The notes: generated by a model not told the origin, from the letters alone. A stretch of DNA of 58,786 bases from a virus (IMGVR_UViG_3300036846_001130:1-58786); one strand, 5' to 3'. Shown: positions 8,962 to 17,626, counted from the stretch's first letter. A program made the numbers and translations.

Positions 8962-9591
8962 TTAAATCACACTTTTCAATTTTCGCCGGACCAGCCCGCC
9001 GATGGCGAGCAGGCCCGCGCCCAGCATCCCGAGGGTGCCCGGCTCCGGCGTCGGCGTGATCCGGATATTCTGGCCCGTGATGTTGATGTCGCCGGAAGCC
9101 AGCGTCCCCGAGCCGTTGAAGAATCCGGTGCCTGTGTTCATGGTCAGCTGCACGGTTGCGCCCTCCACGGTGATCCCGGTGAACCATGTGCCCTTGAGCG
9201 CAGCTGTGAGCGTGTACTGGTGCGTTCCATTCGAGAGCGTGATCAGCGTCCACGTGGCTGGCTCACTGAAGGTGCCCGTGAAGATTGCGCCGTTGGGAAT
9301 CCCGTCTGTGCCATTGCCGATGATACTGAAAGACCCGCCCGCATCGAACACGCCCCCGTGCTGCAGGTCGCCCGAGATCAGGGAGTTGGTCGAGAAGCTG
9401 ACCGTGCCCAAGTTACCCGTGAGCAGGCCCGAAGACCCGCTGTTGATGCTGGTCAGGATGGAGCCGCTCAAGGTCAGCCCGGCGTTGCTGCCCGTGAGTG
9501 GTCCCCCAGAATTGCTGAAGTCCACACTGCTGGCGAGCACTGGAGTCGCGAGCAGCATGAGACCGAGCAAAAGCAAAACTGCGAACTTCAT
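8962..9591 (-). CDS. PEP-CTERM sorting-domain surface protein
   Basis: Signal peptide MKFAVLLLLGLMLLATPVLA; Ser/Thr/Gly-rich body; C-terminal TPEPGTLGMLGAGLLAIGGLVRRKLK. Confidence 0.92.
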   Translation of the reverse strand: MKFAVLLLLGLMLLATPVLASSVDFSNSGGPLTGSNAGLTLSGSILTSINSGSSGLLTGNLGTVSFSTNSLISGDLQHGGVFDAGGSFSIIGNGTDGIPNGAIFTGTFSEPATWTLITLSNGTHQYTLTAALKGTWFTGITVEGATVQLTMNTGTGFFNGSGTLASGDINITGQNIRITPTPEPGTLGMLGAGLLAIGGLVRRKLKSVI

Positions 9592-10205
9592 TTTGAGCCT
9601 CCATTGGCTGCGCTCCGTTCGAGAATCGCGTTTACTGTCTGACGATAGCGGCGCTCGTCTTGCCAGTCCGGCGCTTTTCTCCAAGACTGATCGCGCAGTG
9701 GCCGATATTCTACTTCGCATCCGGCGATCTCGCCAACAATCATTCCTTCGCGGTCGAGGAACCGCTGGGCAGCCGGGAAGGCGAGGAAGTCGGGCAGCAC
9801 GATTCCCTTCTGAGGGCGGTTAGCCTGACAGAGCGAGGCATCGACGAGCACGTCCTGCACATGGCAGACCACGTGCCCTCCGAAAGCGGGGTAGCCGCGC
9901 GCCAGAGACTCCAGCGCGCTCTCCGGCACGATTCCGAGGCACCATGCTCCCGTCGCTTCCATCCACCTGCGCACGGCCTCCTTATCGTCGGGAATGACCA
10001 TCCCTGCGTCGCGGCATTCCACGAACCTACGATTGCGGATGATCACGCTGACGGCCAGCCCTCGCGGGTTAAAGCCATGATGCCGCAGCACCCGGCAGAG
10101 TACGGCCACGGTCGCGACGCAGCAGTTGGGTGCGCAGACCTTGAGCATCTCCTCGCGCACCACGGGCTGCAGGCGTTCAAGGATGTCGCTCAGGCGCGGG
10201 GTCAC
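9588..10205 (-). CDS. Hypothetical protein (possible Cys-His-Asp papain-like fold)
   Basis: NCCVA...GGHVVC...LVDASLCQ; GTG start. Confidence 0.55.
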   Translation of the reverse strand: MTPRLSDILERLQPVVREEMLKVCAPNCCVATVAVLCRVLRHHGFNPRGLAVSVIIRNRRFVECRDAGMVIPDDKEAVRRWMEATGAWCLGIVPESALESLARGYPAFGGHVVCHVQDVLVDASLCQANRPQKGIVLPDFLAFPAAQRFLDREGMIVGEIAGCEVEYRPLRDQSWRKAPDWQDERRYRQTVNAILERSAANGGSK

Positions 10206-10366
10206 GGTCTCCGCCTCCACATCTCGAAGGCCATGCCCGCGCCCACGATGACCACATACAGCACCACTGCGGCGAGCATCAAGAGTAACGCCGCGCCGGG
10301 ATGATGCCAGAGCAGGCTCCAGCGCGCCCGTTCCAGCGCCCACGTCTGCCGGAGAAATTCGCTCAC
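10202..10366 (-). CDS. Small membrane protein
   Basis: Hand translation MSEFLRQTW...LLLMLAAVVLYVVIVGAGMAFEMWRRRP; overlaps both neighbours. Confidence 0.55.
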   Translation of the reverse strand: MSEFLRQTWALERARWSLLWHHPGAALLLMLAAVVLYVVIVGAGMAFEMWRRRP

Positions 10367-10554
10367 GGCTGGATCACCTCCACGTCGGCGATGGGAATCT
10401 CGATGCGGCGCTTGCCCACGATGGGCGGAATGAGAACCGCGATCTTGGGGCGCTTGGGCGGCTCCGGGCGCTCGAAGTACGCGGCGTGCCAGCCGTTCTT
10501 GTAATACCGCACAAGGGTGCCCTCCCTCAAATTGAGAATCTCGCTGTGCTCCAT
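10363..10554 (-). CDS. Hypothetical protein
   Basis: MEHSEILNLREG...; GGAGG RBS. Confidence 0.6.
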   Translation of the reverse strand: MEHSEILNLREGTLVRYYKNGWHAAYFERPEPPKRPKIAVLIPPIVGKRRIEIPIADVEVIQP

Positions 10555-10558
10555 GGCT

Positions 10559-10738
10559 CTATCGACCTCCTTTGCGCTTGGCGATCTTCCAGCCGCCCTT
10601 CTTCTTCCAGTCCTGCTCAGGAATATTAAACACATCAGCGGTCGCGGCATAGTCTGTGCCGCACTTGGGACAGACTCCGTTGACCAGCTCGACCACCTCG
10701 ACTCGCTTGTTGAGACACTCACCGCAGCACATTGCCAT
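10559..10738 (-). CDS. Small zinc-ribbon protein
   Basis: Hand translation MAMCCGECLNK...VCPKCGTDY; AGGAGG RBS. Confidence 0.65.
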   Translation of the reverse strand: MAMCCGECLNKRVEVVELVNGVCPKCGTDYAATADVFNIPEQDWKKKGGWKIAKRKGGR

Positions 10739-10840
10739 TGTTCCCTCCTGAGAACATTATCTCACCCGCGTTTTCGCGAATGTGCGTTTCAGGCCCTGTT
10801 CATGCGGGTTAGAGCGAGGTCAGCGTTGCAGGCAAAGGAA

Positions 10841-10878
10841 ATAAAAAAGGCTTGACAGGTCATCGCCCCCGTCAAGCC
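10841..10878 (-). terminator. Intrinsic terminator closing the leftward early transcripts
   Basis: Minus strand GGCTTGACGGG...CCTGTCAAGCC followed by TTTTTTATTT. Confidence 0.7.
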
Positions 10879-10925
10879 CTCTTCCCGTTTTTGTAGTCTA
10901 GTGAATGGATTGCGGCAATTATACC

Positions 10926-11213
10926 TCAGGGCTTCATAGCTTGAGCCGGGTTCGTGTGGGCGAGGGCGAACTGGTAGCCGCAATTCAGGCCACAGAAGCG
11001 GTTGTTGCCGAACCTGCCATAGGTGCCTTTGAAAATCTTGTGCTCGCGCTCGAAGGCCCGGCGCTTTGCGCCGTCATAGTCCTCGCTGAACCACGGGCGC
11101 TCCACGTCGTAGCCGTAATTCGGGCGCAGCTCGCGGTTGCAGTGTAGGCAGCGCGGGCGCAGGCCGACAGCTCTCGGCTTGAGCTTCGTGGCCTTCGTGA
11201 CCTGTACGCTCAC
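10926..11213 (-). CDS. Zn-binding hypothetical protein
   Basis: CLHC...FCGLNCG; GTG overlaps upstream stop. Confidence 0.65.
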   Translation of the reverse strand: MSVQVTKATKLKPRAVGLRPRCLHCNRELRPNYGYDVERPWFSEDYDGAKRRAFEREHKIFKGTYGRFGNNRFCGLNCGYQFALAHTNPAQAMKP

Positions 11214-11761
11214 AGCTGCACCGCTCCGCCCGTCTCGGCCATGATGATCGCGAGCTTCACCGCGTCGGCGATAGTCTCCTCGCCTTCGAGGAGCAGAGCG
11301 CCCGGCGAGAGTGGATGGATGTTCCCGCCCTCTTGCCAGAATTTGCTGATCGCTTTCAGGACGATGAGCATCTGCGGCCCGGCCTCTTTCGCGAGCCTCA
11401 CTTTGTATTCGGCGGCAGCCTGTGCGAGTCGCTCTTTCTCCTCCTGCGCAAGTTTTCGCTCGCACTTTTCGAACAGCCGCCCAGCTTCGGCTTGGGCCAT
11501 GGCATCCTCCACCATGGCCTTGTTCTTGGCGATCCTCGCATCGAGGTAGCGGACCTCGTTCCGATACCGTCCGGTTCTGGGGTGCTTGTCTGTCGGCGGA
11601 ACCGTTTTGTAAACGGCAGGGTAACCTCGCCCGCTCCCGATTGCGGGCGTTACTTCGAGGCTCGGGATGCGCAACCAGACGTGGTAGTGATCCTGCTTCC
11701 ACGACCACGATAGGCTGTACTGCTCGCCGCTGCGTCCTACGCTTACGTTGTGGACTGGCAT
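11210..11761 (-). CDS. Hypothetical early protein
   Basis: GGAGCACAGACGAATG start motif. Confidence 0.75.
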   Translation of the reverse strand: MPVHNVSVGRSGEQYSLSWSWKQDHYHVWLRIPSLEVTPAIGSGRGYPAVYKTVPPTDKHPRTGRYRNEVRYLDARIAKNKAMVEDAMAQAEAGRLFEKCERKLAQEEKERLAQAAAEYKVRLAKEAGPQMLIVLKAISKFWQEGGNIHPLSPGALLLEGEETIADAVKLAIIMAETGGAVQL

Positions 11762-11814
11762 TCGTCTGTGCTCCTTTCGGAATTTTCTCGCTCTTTGGTG
11801 CCCGGCGAAAACTT

Positions 11815-12627
11815 TTACTCTGTCGCCGCTTGTTCTGGTTGTGCTACCGCCTCGGCTGCGGGTGGCACTAGAGCCTTCACGCTCTCCGGCAGTTTCTCGG
11901 CGTAGCCCACCCAGCTGCCCCCGCTCCAGCTGAAGCCTGCGGCCTTGAGTTCGTTCAGGATTTCACGCTCCGGTTTTTCGGCGAAGGTGACCTGCGCCCA
12001 GCTGTTGCCGTGGCCGCCCGTCTTGATGAGCACTCCGCCCGGCGCTGCCTCGGCGTCTGCCGTTCGCTTCTGCCGGGCCTTCACCGCTTCGAGGCGCTTG
12101 CGGTCTGCGGTGATCCTGCCGCCCAGATTGGAGAGTTCGTAAGGCAGGTGAGGCGCTTTGCCCCAGTAGCTGCCTGCTGCCGCTAGCTTCACCTTGAGCG
12201 CTTCGAGATCGAGGCCCAGAGCTTTGAGGCCTTCGGCATCGCCCTTTTTGTACAGCTTGTTGACCAGCTTCATGCGCTCGCGCTCAGCTTCGCGCTCCGC
12301 GATGCGTTTCTCCAGCTCCTCGACCGCGTCGGAGTCGTCGGAGAAAATCGAGTTATCCAGCGCCCGCTCGATCCCATCGGCTGCGCTGCGGTGATGGTCG
12401 GCCAGTTTGCCCAGCTCGACCGATTTGCCCATCTTATTCCACGCCCGGTCGCGGTAATTGCGGTCGCGTTTCTCGCTGTGGTGGCCGACGAGGATTGGTT
12501 GACCCATCGGGATGATCGACATCATGTCGTGGGATTGCTTCGATAGGCTGGTGGAGCGGTCCTCAGCTTTGTCCGCCCACTCCAGCCGCTTCTCCATTTT
12601 CCGTTCGAGTCGCTCACGTCTGGTCAT
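11815..12627 (-). CDS. DUF3560-domain protein (polyvalent-protein associated)
   Basis: GQPILVGHHSEKRDRNYRDR motif; C-terminal FAEKPEREILNELKAAGFSWS. Confidence 0.85.
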   Translation of the reverse strand: MTRRERLERKMEKRLEWADKAEDRSTSLSKQSHDMMSIIPMGQPILVGHHSEKRDRNYRDRAWNKMGKSVELGKLADHHRSAADGIERALDNSIFSDDSDAVEELEKRIAEREAERERMKLVNKLYKKGDAEGLKALGLDLEALKVKLAAAGSYWGKAPHLPYELSNLGGRITADRKRLEAVKARQKRTADAEAAPGGVLIKTGGHGNSWAQVTFAEKPEREILNELKAAGFSWSGGSWVGYAEKLPESVKALVPPAAEAVAQPEQAATE

Positions 12628-12657
12628 TTCGCTGTGCTCCTTGTTGACTACAGTTTA

Positions 12658-12686
12658 ATAATAGACTCGGTGCGCCTATTTGTCAA
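12658..12686 (-). promoter_or_regulatory. Repeated early promoter/operator, copy 1
   Basis: TTGACA aataggcgcaccgagtc TATTAT. Confidence 0.9.
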
Positions 12687-13150
12687 GAGTTTTTGATTGG
12701 CTCCGAGGTCTGCCGGATGTGGCAGTTCCCGCGATACTGCCAGCCTTCGGCAGTTTTCTTGATGGTCGGGAAAGTGGGCCTCCCATTCACATGGCTGTAA
12801 GGTTCGCCGACTTGAATCAGCGCGCTCAGATGGGTGGCGGGTGGCAGAACACAGAGGAAATAGTCGGCCATGTCCTCATCGACTAGATCGCCGACCTGCA
12901 GGAACTCGTTCAGGTTCTGCCTGCTCTCGCCCCACTGCTTGCGAGTTTTGATGGTCTTCGGTTCGCCCGGTCGTTTGACGATCCAGCCAGACGCGCTGTA
13001 CTCGGTGCCGCATTCGCAGAAAACCCCGCCGCGCTCGGGCATGGAAACCTTTTTGCCGCAGATGCAGACGAGGTACATCGGTGCGGGAACTCCCACCGGA
13101 TACCCCTCCTCGCGAATCAGAGCCTTTTTCATGAATCCGCTGTAAGACAT
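12683..13150 (-). CDS. Hypothetical early protein
   Basis: Start motif; VGDLVDEDMADYFLCVLPP...QVGEPY. Confidence 0.75.
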   Translation of the reverse strand: MSYSGFMKKALIREEGYPVGVPAPMYLVCICGKKVSMPERGGVFCECGTEYSASGWIVKRPGEPKTIKTRKQWGESRQNLNEFLQVGDLVDEDMADYFLCVLPPATHLSALIQVGEPYSHVNGRPTFPTIKKTAEGWQYRGNCHIRQTSEPIKNS

Positions 13151-13171
13151 TTCGCTGTGCTCCTTTCAGGT

Positions 13172-13405
13172 TTAGAAAAGTTGTGCTTGCCCGGTCGCTG
13201 CCCGGTCGTGCTCCGGCTTAACCCAGTTTTTGTAGTACTCCGACCAGACCATACCTTCGGCCTTGTTTTTCGCGGTGCAGGCCTTGCAGTAATCGCCGCG
13301 CAACAGCCTGCCCATTTCCGGGTGGCACTTGGGGCAATGATCGCAGCGCCAGCAGCATCGCGGGCCGCGCCCCCCGCCGTGCATCCCACAAGTTACGAAT
13401 CCCAT
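13172..13405 (-). CDS. Cys-rich hypothetical protein
   Basis: CCWRCDHCPKC; GGGGCACAGCGAATG start. Confidence 0.65.
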   Translation of the reverse strand: MGFVTCGMHGGGRGPRCCWRCDHCPKCHPEMGRLLRGDYCKACTAKNKAEGMVWSEYYKNWVKPEHDRAATGQAQLF

Positions 13406-13433
13406 TCGCTGTGCCCCTTTCCCTTACAGATAC

Positions 13434-13462
13434 AGAATAGACGCACCGCGTCCATTTGTCAA
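13434..13462 (-). promoter_or_regulatory. Repeated early promoter/operator, copy 2
   Basis: TTGACA aatggacgcggtgcgtc TATTCT. Confidence 0.9.
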
Positions 13463-13671
13463 GAAGTTTCTTCTACAGCAGGCCTCCCGACTTGGCCGTC
13501 GCGCAGGGGCGAATTCGCCCACGCCCGGCAGGTGCGGCGGGCGCATCTCTGCGGCAGTTCCTTGCCTTCGCTAATCCAGACGTGCTTGCAGTCCTCGCAG
13601 TACAGGATGAGCACTTTGCGTGCCCGCAATGCCTTCTGCAGGTCGCTCCAGTTGGTGATTTCCCTCAGCAT
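13459..13671 (-). CDS. Small zinc-finger protein
   Basis: CEDCKHVW...PQRCARRTC. Confidence 0.6.
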   Translation of the reverse strand: MLREITNWSDLQKALRARKVLILYCEDCKHVWISEGKELPQRCARRTCRAWANSPLRDGQVGRPAVEETS

Positions 13672-13928
13672 GTCTCCCCCTTCAGCCTGACCTGTGTCAG
13701 GTACAGTTCTCTGGTATTGCCGTGAACGTCGTGCACCGCCAGCTTGATGCCTTCCGCGCCGTCAACCCACGCCGCGTCGATGGTCGCCAGCATCTCGCCG
13801 CTGAGGTTGGGCCGCAATCCAACCCAGATGCGACCGTTTACATCGTCCTTGCTGGCAGTGCTGCCATACTCCGGTTTTGGCACAATCATCTTGCCCAGCA
13901 GTTGATTCGATAGCCCGCCTTTTGCCAT
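13665..13928 (-). CDS. Hypothetical protein
   Basis: GGAGGAG RBS; operon context. Confidence 0.6.
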   Translation of the reverse strand: MAKGGLSNQLLGKMIVPKPEYGSTASKDDVNGRIWVGLRPNLSGEMLATIDAAWVDGAEGIKLAVHDVHGNTRELYLTQVRLKGETC

Positions 13929-14114
13929 CTAACTCCTCCTCGGTGGAAAGTGTGTGACTCCGGTGCGCGGGTCGGTCCAAGCTTTGCCGTAGTGCATCGC
14001 ATCGGCCAACTGCCAGTCGAGGATCGCGTCCTCGCGCAACAGGCGGCCTGCAATCTCTTCCAGCTGGGCGAGCAATTCGGCCCGGCGCGCGTAATAGCTG
14101 CAGTCGTGAATCAC
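13929..14114 (-). CDS. Hypothetical protein
   Basis: Operon context; WTDPRTG motif. Confidence 0.55.
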   Translation of the reverse strand: MIHDCSYYARRAELLAQLEEIAGRLLREDAILDWQLADAMHYGKAWTDPRTGVTHFPPRRS

Positions 14115-14227
14115 GCTGCCAGCCTGCGATACTTGATCATGGCTGACAGGGCGAAAGTGCTGAGCACGATACCCGCGTAAAACAGCATTGTGGCCATCTG
14201 TTCGAGATTCAGAGTGTTATCGGTCAT
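14111..14227 (-). CDS. Small single-TM protein
   Basis: Hand translation MTDNTLNLEQMATMLFYAGIVLSTFALSAMIKYRRLAA; GGAGCACAGCGAATG start. Confidence 0.7.
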   Translation of the reverse strand: MTDNTLNLEQMATMLFYAGIVLSTFALSAMIKYRRLAA

Positions 14228-14255
14228 TCGCTGTGCTCCTTGTACTCAGAATTTA

Positions 14256-14498
14256 TCAACTCAATTCGGACATCAGCTCTAAGCCATAGTTCTCGGCGGT
14301 GATTTTGAAGTGGAAAACCAGATCATTCCAGTTGCCTTCGGCGAACCGGACATAGCCGTCGTGATCGATGTAGTTCCAGCCGGACACGATGCGCGACTTG
14401 TGCCCGAGTATCACGTTCACCGCGCGCGGCACGCGCTCGATTTTCCAGCGGTACTCGCGGCCTTCGGAATCCTTGAGGCGGATGGCCAAGTTTTTCAT
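14256..14498 (-). CDS. Hypothetical early protein
   Basis: First gene after promoter copy 3. Confidence 0.65.
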   Translation of the reverse strand: MKNLAIRLKDSEGREYRWKIERVPRAVNVILGHKSRIVSGWNYIDHDGYVRFAEGNWNDLVFHFKITAENYGLELMSELS

Positions 14499-14515
14499 TT
14501 GTTTCCCCCAATTCA

Positions 14516-14544
14516 AGAATAGACATAGCGCGTCTATTTGTCAA
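14516..14544 (-). promoter_or_regulatory. Repeated early promoter/operator, copy 3
   Basis: TTGACA aatagacgcgctatgtc TATTCT. Confidence 0.9.
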
Positions 14545-14806
14545 CAGGTTTTCGCGGTCGGGGGCCTCGACCGAAGTGCACCGCCACTGTATTGGAGAGG
14601 TCTGCAATGCCGGGCGTGCCATGTGCACCGCCCATGTTCAGGACCCAGCCCCCGTGCGCGCTGCGCATCACCGCGCGCCCGGTCGCTTGCTTCCACTCCT
14701 GCCCCTCGCGCCCGATGCCTGCGGGCACAAGGATGGTCACCTTGTCCCCGTGGCGGATGCGAGCAAACTCGGCGTCGGTCACGGTCACCACTTTCGAGTT
14801 TTCCAT
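14534..14806 (-). CDS. Hypothetical protein
   Basis: GRAVMRSAHGGWVLNMGGAHGTPG. Confidence 0.65.
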   Translation of the reverse strand: MENSKVVTVTDAEFARIRHGDKVTILVPAGIGREGQEWKQATGRAVMRSAHGGWVLNMGGAHGTPGIADLSNTVAVHFGRGPRPRKPVDK

Positions 14807-14807
14807 G

Positions 14808-15038
14808 TTATGCCTCGCTTTCGTAGTCTTCCGGATGCGGCACTCGCGGCCCGGTGTAAGCCGGGTTCGCGTACCACACATCACGGTCGCTCAGAATCCA
14901 AGCCTGCTCTGGATGCTCAGCCCCCTTGCGACTGGCAAACTCGCGATCCTCATCCGCGATGCTCATGGGAAAGCTCTGCTCCTCGCGTACCAAATCGAAA
15001 TATTCCTCTTCCGTCAGGGGCAAATCGCGCCAGCTCAT
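14808..15038 (-). CDS. Small acidic hypothetical protein
   Basis: QAWILSDRDVWYANPAYTGPRVPHPED. Confidence 0.7.
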   Translation of the reverse strand: MSWRDLPLTEEEYFDLVREEQSFPMSIADEDREFASRKGAEHPEQAWILSDRDVWYANPAYTGPRVPHPEDYESEA

Positions 15039-15283
15039 ACTTTCCTCGCTTTCGGTCGCTTGCCGTGTAACTCGGGATAGTGCACGGTGGTGGTGTAATC
15101 CGGGCGGTGATCAGTGGGCGGATATTTCCCGATAGCTAAGGTGTCCCAGTACGCTGGGGAGTGGCTCTTGCCATTGTCCGAGCAGTAGTCACAGGCGCAG
15201 CCGCCCGGAATTTCCCGCCACAATTCCCGTGGCAGCGGGACGAAAATCGTATCCTTTACGCGCTTGATCGGGGTGCTTAACAT
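15035..15283 (-). CDS. Hypothetical early protein
   Basis: GGAGCACAGCAAATG start; CACDYC. Confidence 0.7.
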   Translation of the reverse strand: MLSTPIKRVKDTIFVPLPRELWREIPGGCACDYCSDNGKSHSPAYWDTLAIGKYPPTDHRPDYTTTVHYPELHGKRPKARKV

Positions 15284-15311
15284 TTGCTGTGCTCCTCTCG
15301 ACTACAATTCC

Positions 15312-15340
15312 AGTATAGGTACGATGCGCCTATTTGTCAA
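15312..15340 (-). promoter_or_regulatory. Repeated early promoter/operator, copy 4
   Basis: TTGACA aataggcgcatcgtacc TATACT. Confidence 0.9.
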
Positions 15341-15597
15341 GCGAAAATATACTCGATGCAAGAGTGCACCATGTAGTAGCAAGGCCGTCCCTTGTAGGTG
15401 CTGCGGTAGTAGCTCACAGCCCAATCCCGAGAGAGAACTAGGCCGCCGCGCTGGTATCCCATCTGGCTGGCAAGTTCCCGCCAATCGCAGTGCCGGGCGA
15501 AAGTGCCGAAAGTGATCTCGCGGGCCGTGTCGGTCATGGCGTTGATGGCCTCAGCGGTCGAGTTCACACAGCAGGTGAGATATTGGAACTTGGGCAT
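15337..15597 (-). CDS. Conserved small phage protein
   Basis: DWAVSYYRSTYKGRPCYYMVHSCIEYIF. Confidence 0.7.
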   Translation of the reverse strand: MPKFQYLTCCVNSTAEAINAMTDTAREITFGTFARHCDWRELASQMGYQRGGLVLSRDWAVSYYRSTYKGRPCYYMVHSCIEYIFA

Positions 15598-15598
15598 T

Positions 15599-16084
15599 TT
15601 ACTTCGCCTCCAGTCGTTTCATCTTGTTGGCGCAGCGCAGGCAGGCAGGAACTTCGCCCAGCACTGGGTGCGGCATCTTGGTGGTGGCTTCGTGAGTGCA
15701 CATCGCGAAGACTTGGCAGGCCGGGCGCGGAATGTACTTGATCCCCGCATCCTGCGCCTCGATTTTGCGGCACAGCTGATCGACCTCGGTGCCTGCGCCA
15801 ATCCACTCTTCGAGGTTGATGGTGTAATCCGCGAGCACATCGAAGCCGTCATTGCCGTAAACGAATTGCGCATAGCCCGCGCGCTTGCCGTCGCGGTACG
15901 TGATCAGAACGTCTTCGTCGGTCGCCTGCAGCCCCTTGTAGAGCTTGCGCTCGTCCGAGGTGCGCTCTACTTCCATCTCATCGCCGCCGTTATTGATGGC
16001 CAATTCAAAGCCTGCCCGCAGTAGCGAATCCACCGTCAGCCGGGCGATTCGTTTCTCTGCGTTGATTCGTTTTTTAAGTTCCAT
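15599..16084 (-). CDS. Hypothetical early protein
   Basis: FVYGNDGFDVLADYT; first gene after promoter copy 5. Confidence 0.7.
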   Translation of the reverse strand: MELKKRINAEKRIARLTVDSLLRAGFELAINNGGDEMEVERTSDERKLYKGLQATDEDVLITYRDGKRAGYAQFVYGNDGFDVLADYTINLEEWIGAGTEVDQLCRKIEAQDAGIKYIPRPACQVFAMCTHEATTKMPHPVLGEVPACLRCANKMKRLEAK

Positions 16085-16101
16085 TGTTTTCACCCAAGAA
16101 C

Positions 16102-16130
16102 AGAATAGGCGCATTGCGTCCATCTGTCAA
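16102..16130 (-). promoter_or_regulatory. Repeated early promoter/operator, copy 5 (left of divergent pair)
   Basis: TTGACA gatggacgcaatgcgcc TATTCT. Confidence 0.9.
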
Positions 16131-16154
16131 GCCCTAAAATTAAATTCTTTTCTC

Positions 16155-16183
16155 TTGACAAATAGGCGCATTGGCCCTATTCT
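16155..16183 (+). promoter_or_regulatory. Repeated early promoter/operator, copy 6 (right of divergent pair)
   Basis: TTGACA aataggcgcattggccc TATTCT. Confidence 0.9.
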
Positions 16184-16207
16184 CAGAGTGTAGCAAGGAG
16201 GAAACAA

Positions 16208-16375
16208 ATGGCCAAGATGGCTCTCAAGTGCAACGAATGCGGCAAGGCCTTCCGGGTCTCCGACTCCAATCCTGATCCGCAATGCCCGCGCTGCAATAGT
16301 GTGGATTTCGAAGTCGAGGGCGTGATTCGGTTCTATCGGCCCGCCAAGCCTGTCAGCCCTGCGGAGGTGCGGTAA
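16208..16375 (+). CDS. Small zinc-ribbon protein
   Basis: Hand translation MAKMALKCNECGK...QCPRCNS; AAGGAGG RBS. Confidence 0.7.
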   Translation: MAKMALKCNECGKAFRVSDSNPDPQCPRCNSVDFEVEGVIRFYRPAKPVSPAEVR

Positions 16376-16481
16376 TGATCGCGTTCGCAAACTTCATCGA
16401 AATGATTCTCGACTTTTTCAGCAGTGCAGTGCCCGTGCCGATAGAGCGCCGGGTGGTGTACCGAAATTACGCGGAGGTGAT

Positions 16482-16793
16482 GTGATGGCGGCAGCAACCT
16501 ACGGCACCATGACGTTCAGCGAATATCAGGAATTCTCCCGCAACCTGCGGGAGCGGGCAGAGCGGCTCTCGCAGCGCATACGCGAGCAGGCGCGGGACCT
16601 CGGCGAGCGGGAACTGGGCAGCGGGCGCGATATGGCCTTTCTCGCGGCCCACAACTGGCAGGGGCAGCGCTGGATGTCTCCCTTGCAGAACCGGGCAGCG
16701 CGTTTGATCCTCTGGCTGCAAGAGCAGAGTTTCCTCCCCAGCCGCATGGCCGACCGCATCCTCAACCGCGCATGGCGCAAAGTTTCCGCTTGA
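16482..16793 (+). CDS. Hypothetical protein
   Basis: GGAGG RBS; stop lies within the next -35 box. Confidence 0.6.
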   Translation: MMAAATYGTMTFSEYQEFSRNLRERAERLSQRIREQARDLGERELGSGRDMAFLAAHNWQGQRWMSPLQNRAARLILWLQEQSFLPSRMADRILNRAWRKVSA

Positions 16794-16819
16794 CACAATA
16801 GGCGCATTGCGCCTATACT
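16790..16819 (+). promoter_or_regulatory. Repeated early promoter/operator, copy 7
   Basis: TTGACA caataggcgcattgcgcc TATACT; near-perfect palindrome ATAGGCGCATTGCGCCTAT. Confidence 0.9.
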
Positions 16820-16836
16820 GTAATCGAGGTGAAAAG

Positions 16837-17151
16837 ATGAAATGCATCCTTTGCAAAGCGCCCGCGCTACCGGGTCTGATCTATTGCGCACCGCACTATG
16901 AACACGCCTCACGTCTCACCCTCGCCGAGAAACTGGCTGAGCAACGCGCAGCTGGTTGGATCGCCGACATCCCTCTGCCGGGCTTTGAACGGGTCGAGGG
17001 CGAACGGGCTGCGGTGATGGCCACCGAGCAGGGCGAGCAGCTGAGCGCCGAACTGCTCAAGCCGAAGGCCAGCATCGAAGCGAAAGCAGGCGCAATCGAA
17101 ACGCTGTCACCACTATTCCGGGGCCATGGCCCACAGGGGGAACTGTTCTGA
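16837..17151 (+). CDS. Hypothetical protein
   Basis: GAGGT RBS; MKCILC. Confidence 0.6.
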   Translation: MKCILCKAPALPGLIYCAPHYEHASRLTLAEKLAEQRAAGWIADIPLPGFERVEGERAAVMATEQGEQLSAELLKPKASIEAKAGAIETLSPLFRGHGPQGELF

Positions 17152-17327
17152 TGAAACGCGAAGACTTTGATTTAATCGCCCGCTCACTCTCCGACTCCTT
17201 ACGCGCAGCCATCAACCCGACCGAGCGCAAGACTGTGAAGGCCGTGGCCTTTACCCTCGCCGCCAACCTGAGCGAGTCGCCTGCCTTCGATCCCGACAGA
17301 TTCCTGCGGCTCGCGGGGGCACGCTGA
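17151..17327 (+). CDS. Small phage early protein
   Basis: Hand translation MKREDFDLIA...PAFDPDRFLRLAG; TGATG coupling at both ends. Confidence 0.65.
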   Translation: MKREDFDLIARSLSDSLRAAINPTERKTVKAVAFTLAANLSESPAFDPDRFLRLAGAR

Positions 17328-17554
17328 TGAAAATCACGGCGCAAGTTTTGAATGGGGCCACGGGCGAGGTCAGAGAAGTAATCGCCAACATCGCCGCAGC
17401 CAGCGAGCAGGAAGCCGTTGACAAACTGTTCGCCCGCGCTCGCCGCGACGATTACTACTACCGCTTTCTCGGGAGCAGCGGTGTGATCCCTCCGACTGAT
17501 CCCACTGCAGCCTCAGTGCTCCACGAAACTATGACGTACTGGGCGCGCGAATAG
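17327..17554 (+). CDS. Hypothetical protein
   Basis: Coupled ORF. Confidence 0.55.
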   Translation: MKITAQVLNGATGEVREVIANIAAASEQEAVDKLFARARRDDYYYRFLGSSGVIPPTDPTAASVLHETMTYWARE

Positions 17555-17569
17555 GTTACCAAAGACTTC

Positions 17570-17599
17570 TTGACTCTATAGGCGCATCGCGTCTATTCT
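17570..17599 (+). promoter_or_regulatory. Repeated early promoter/operator, copy 8
   Basis: TTGACT ctataggcgcatcgcgtc TATTCT. Confidence 0.85.
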
Positions 17600-17626
17600 C
17601 AAGATGGACAAAGGAGCACAGCGAAA

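Noticed and set aside
10541-10552. Extra GGAGCACAGCGA start motif
   Set aside because: Lies inside coding sequence (MEHSE) with no start codon at the usual distance; probably coincidental
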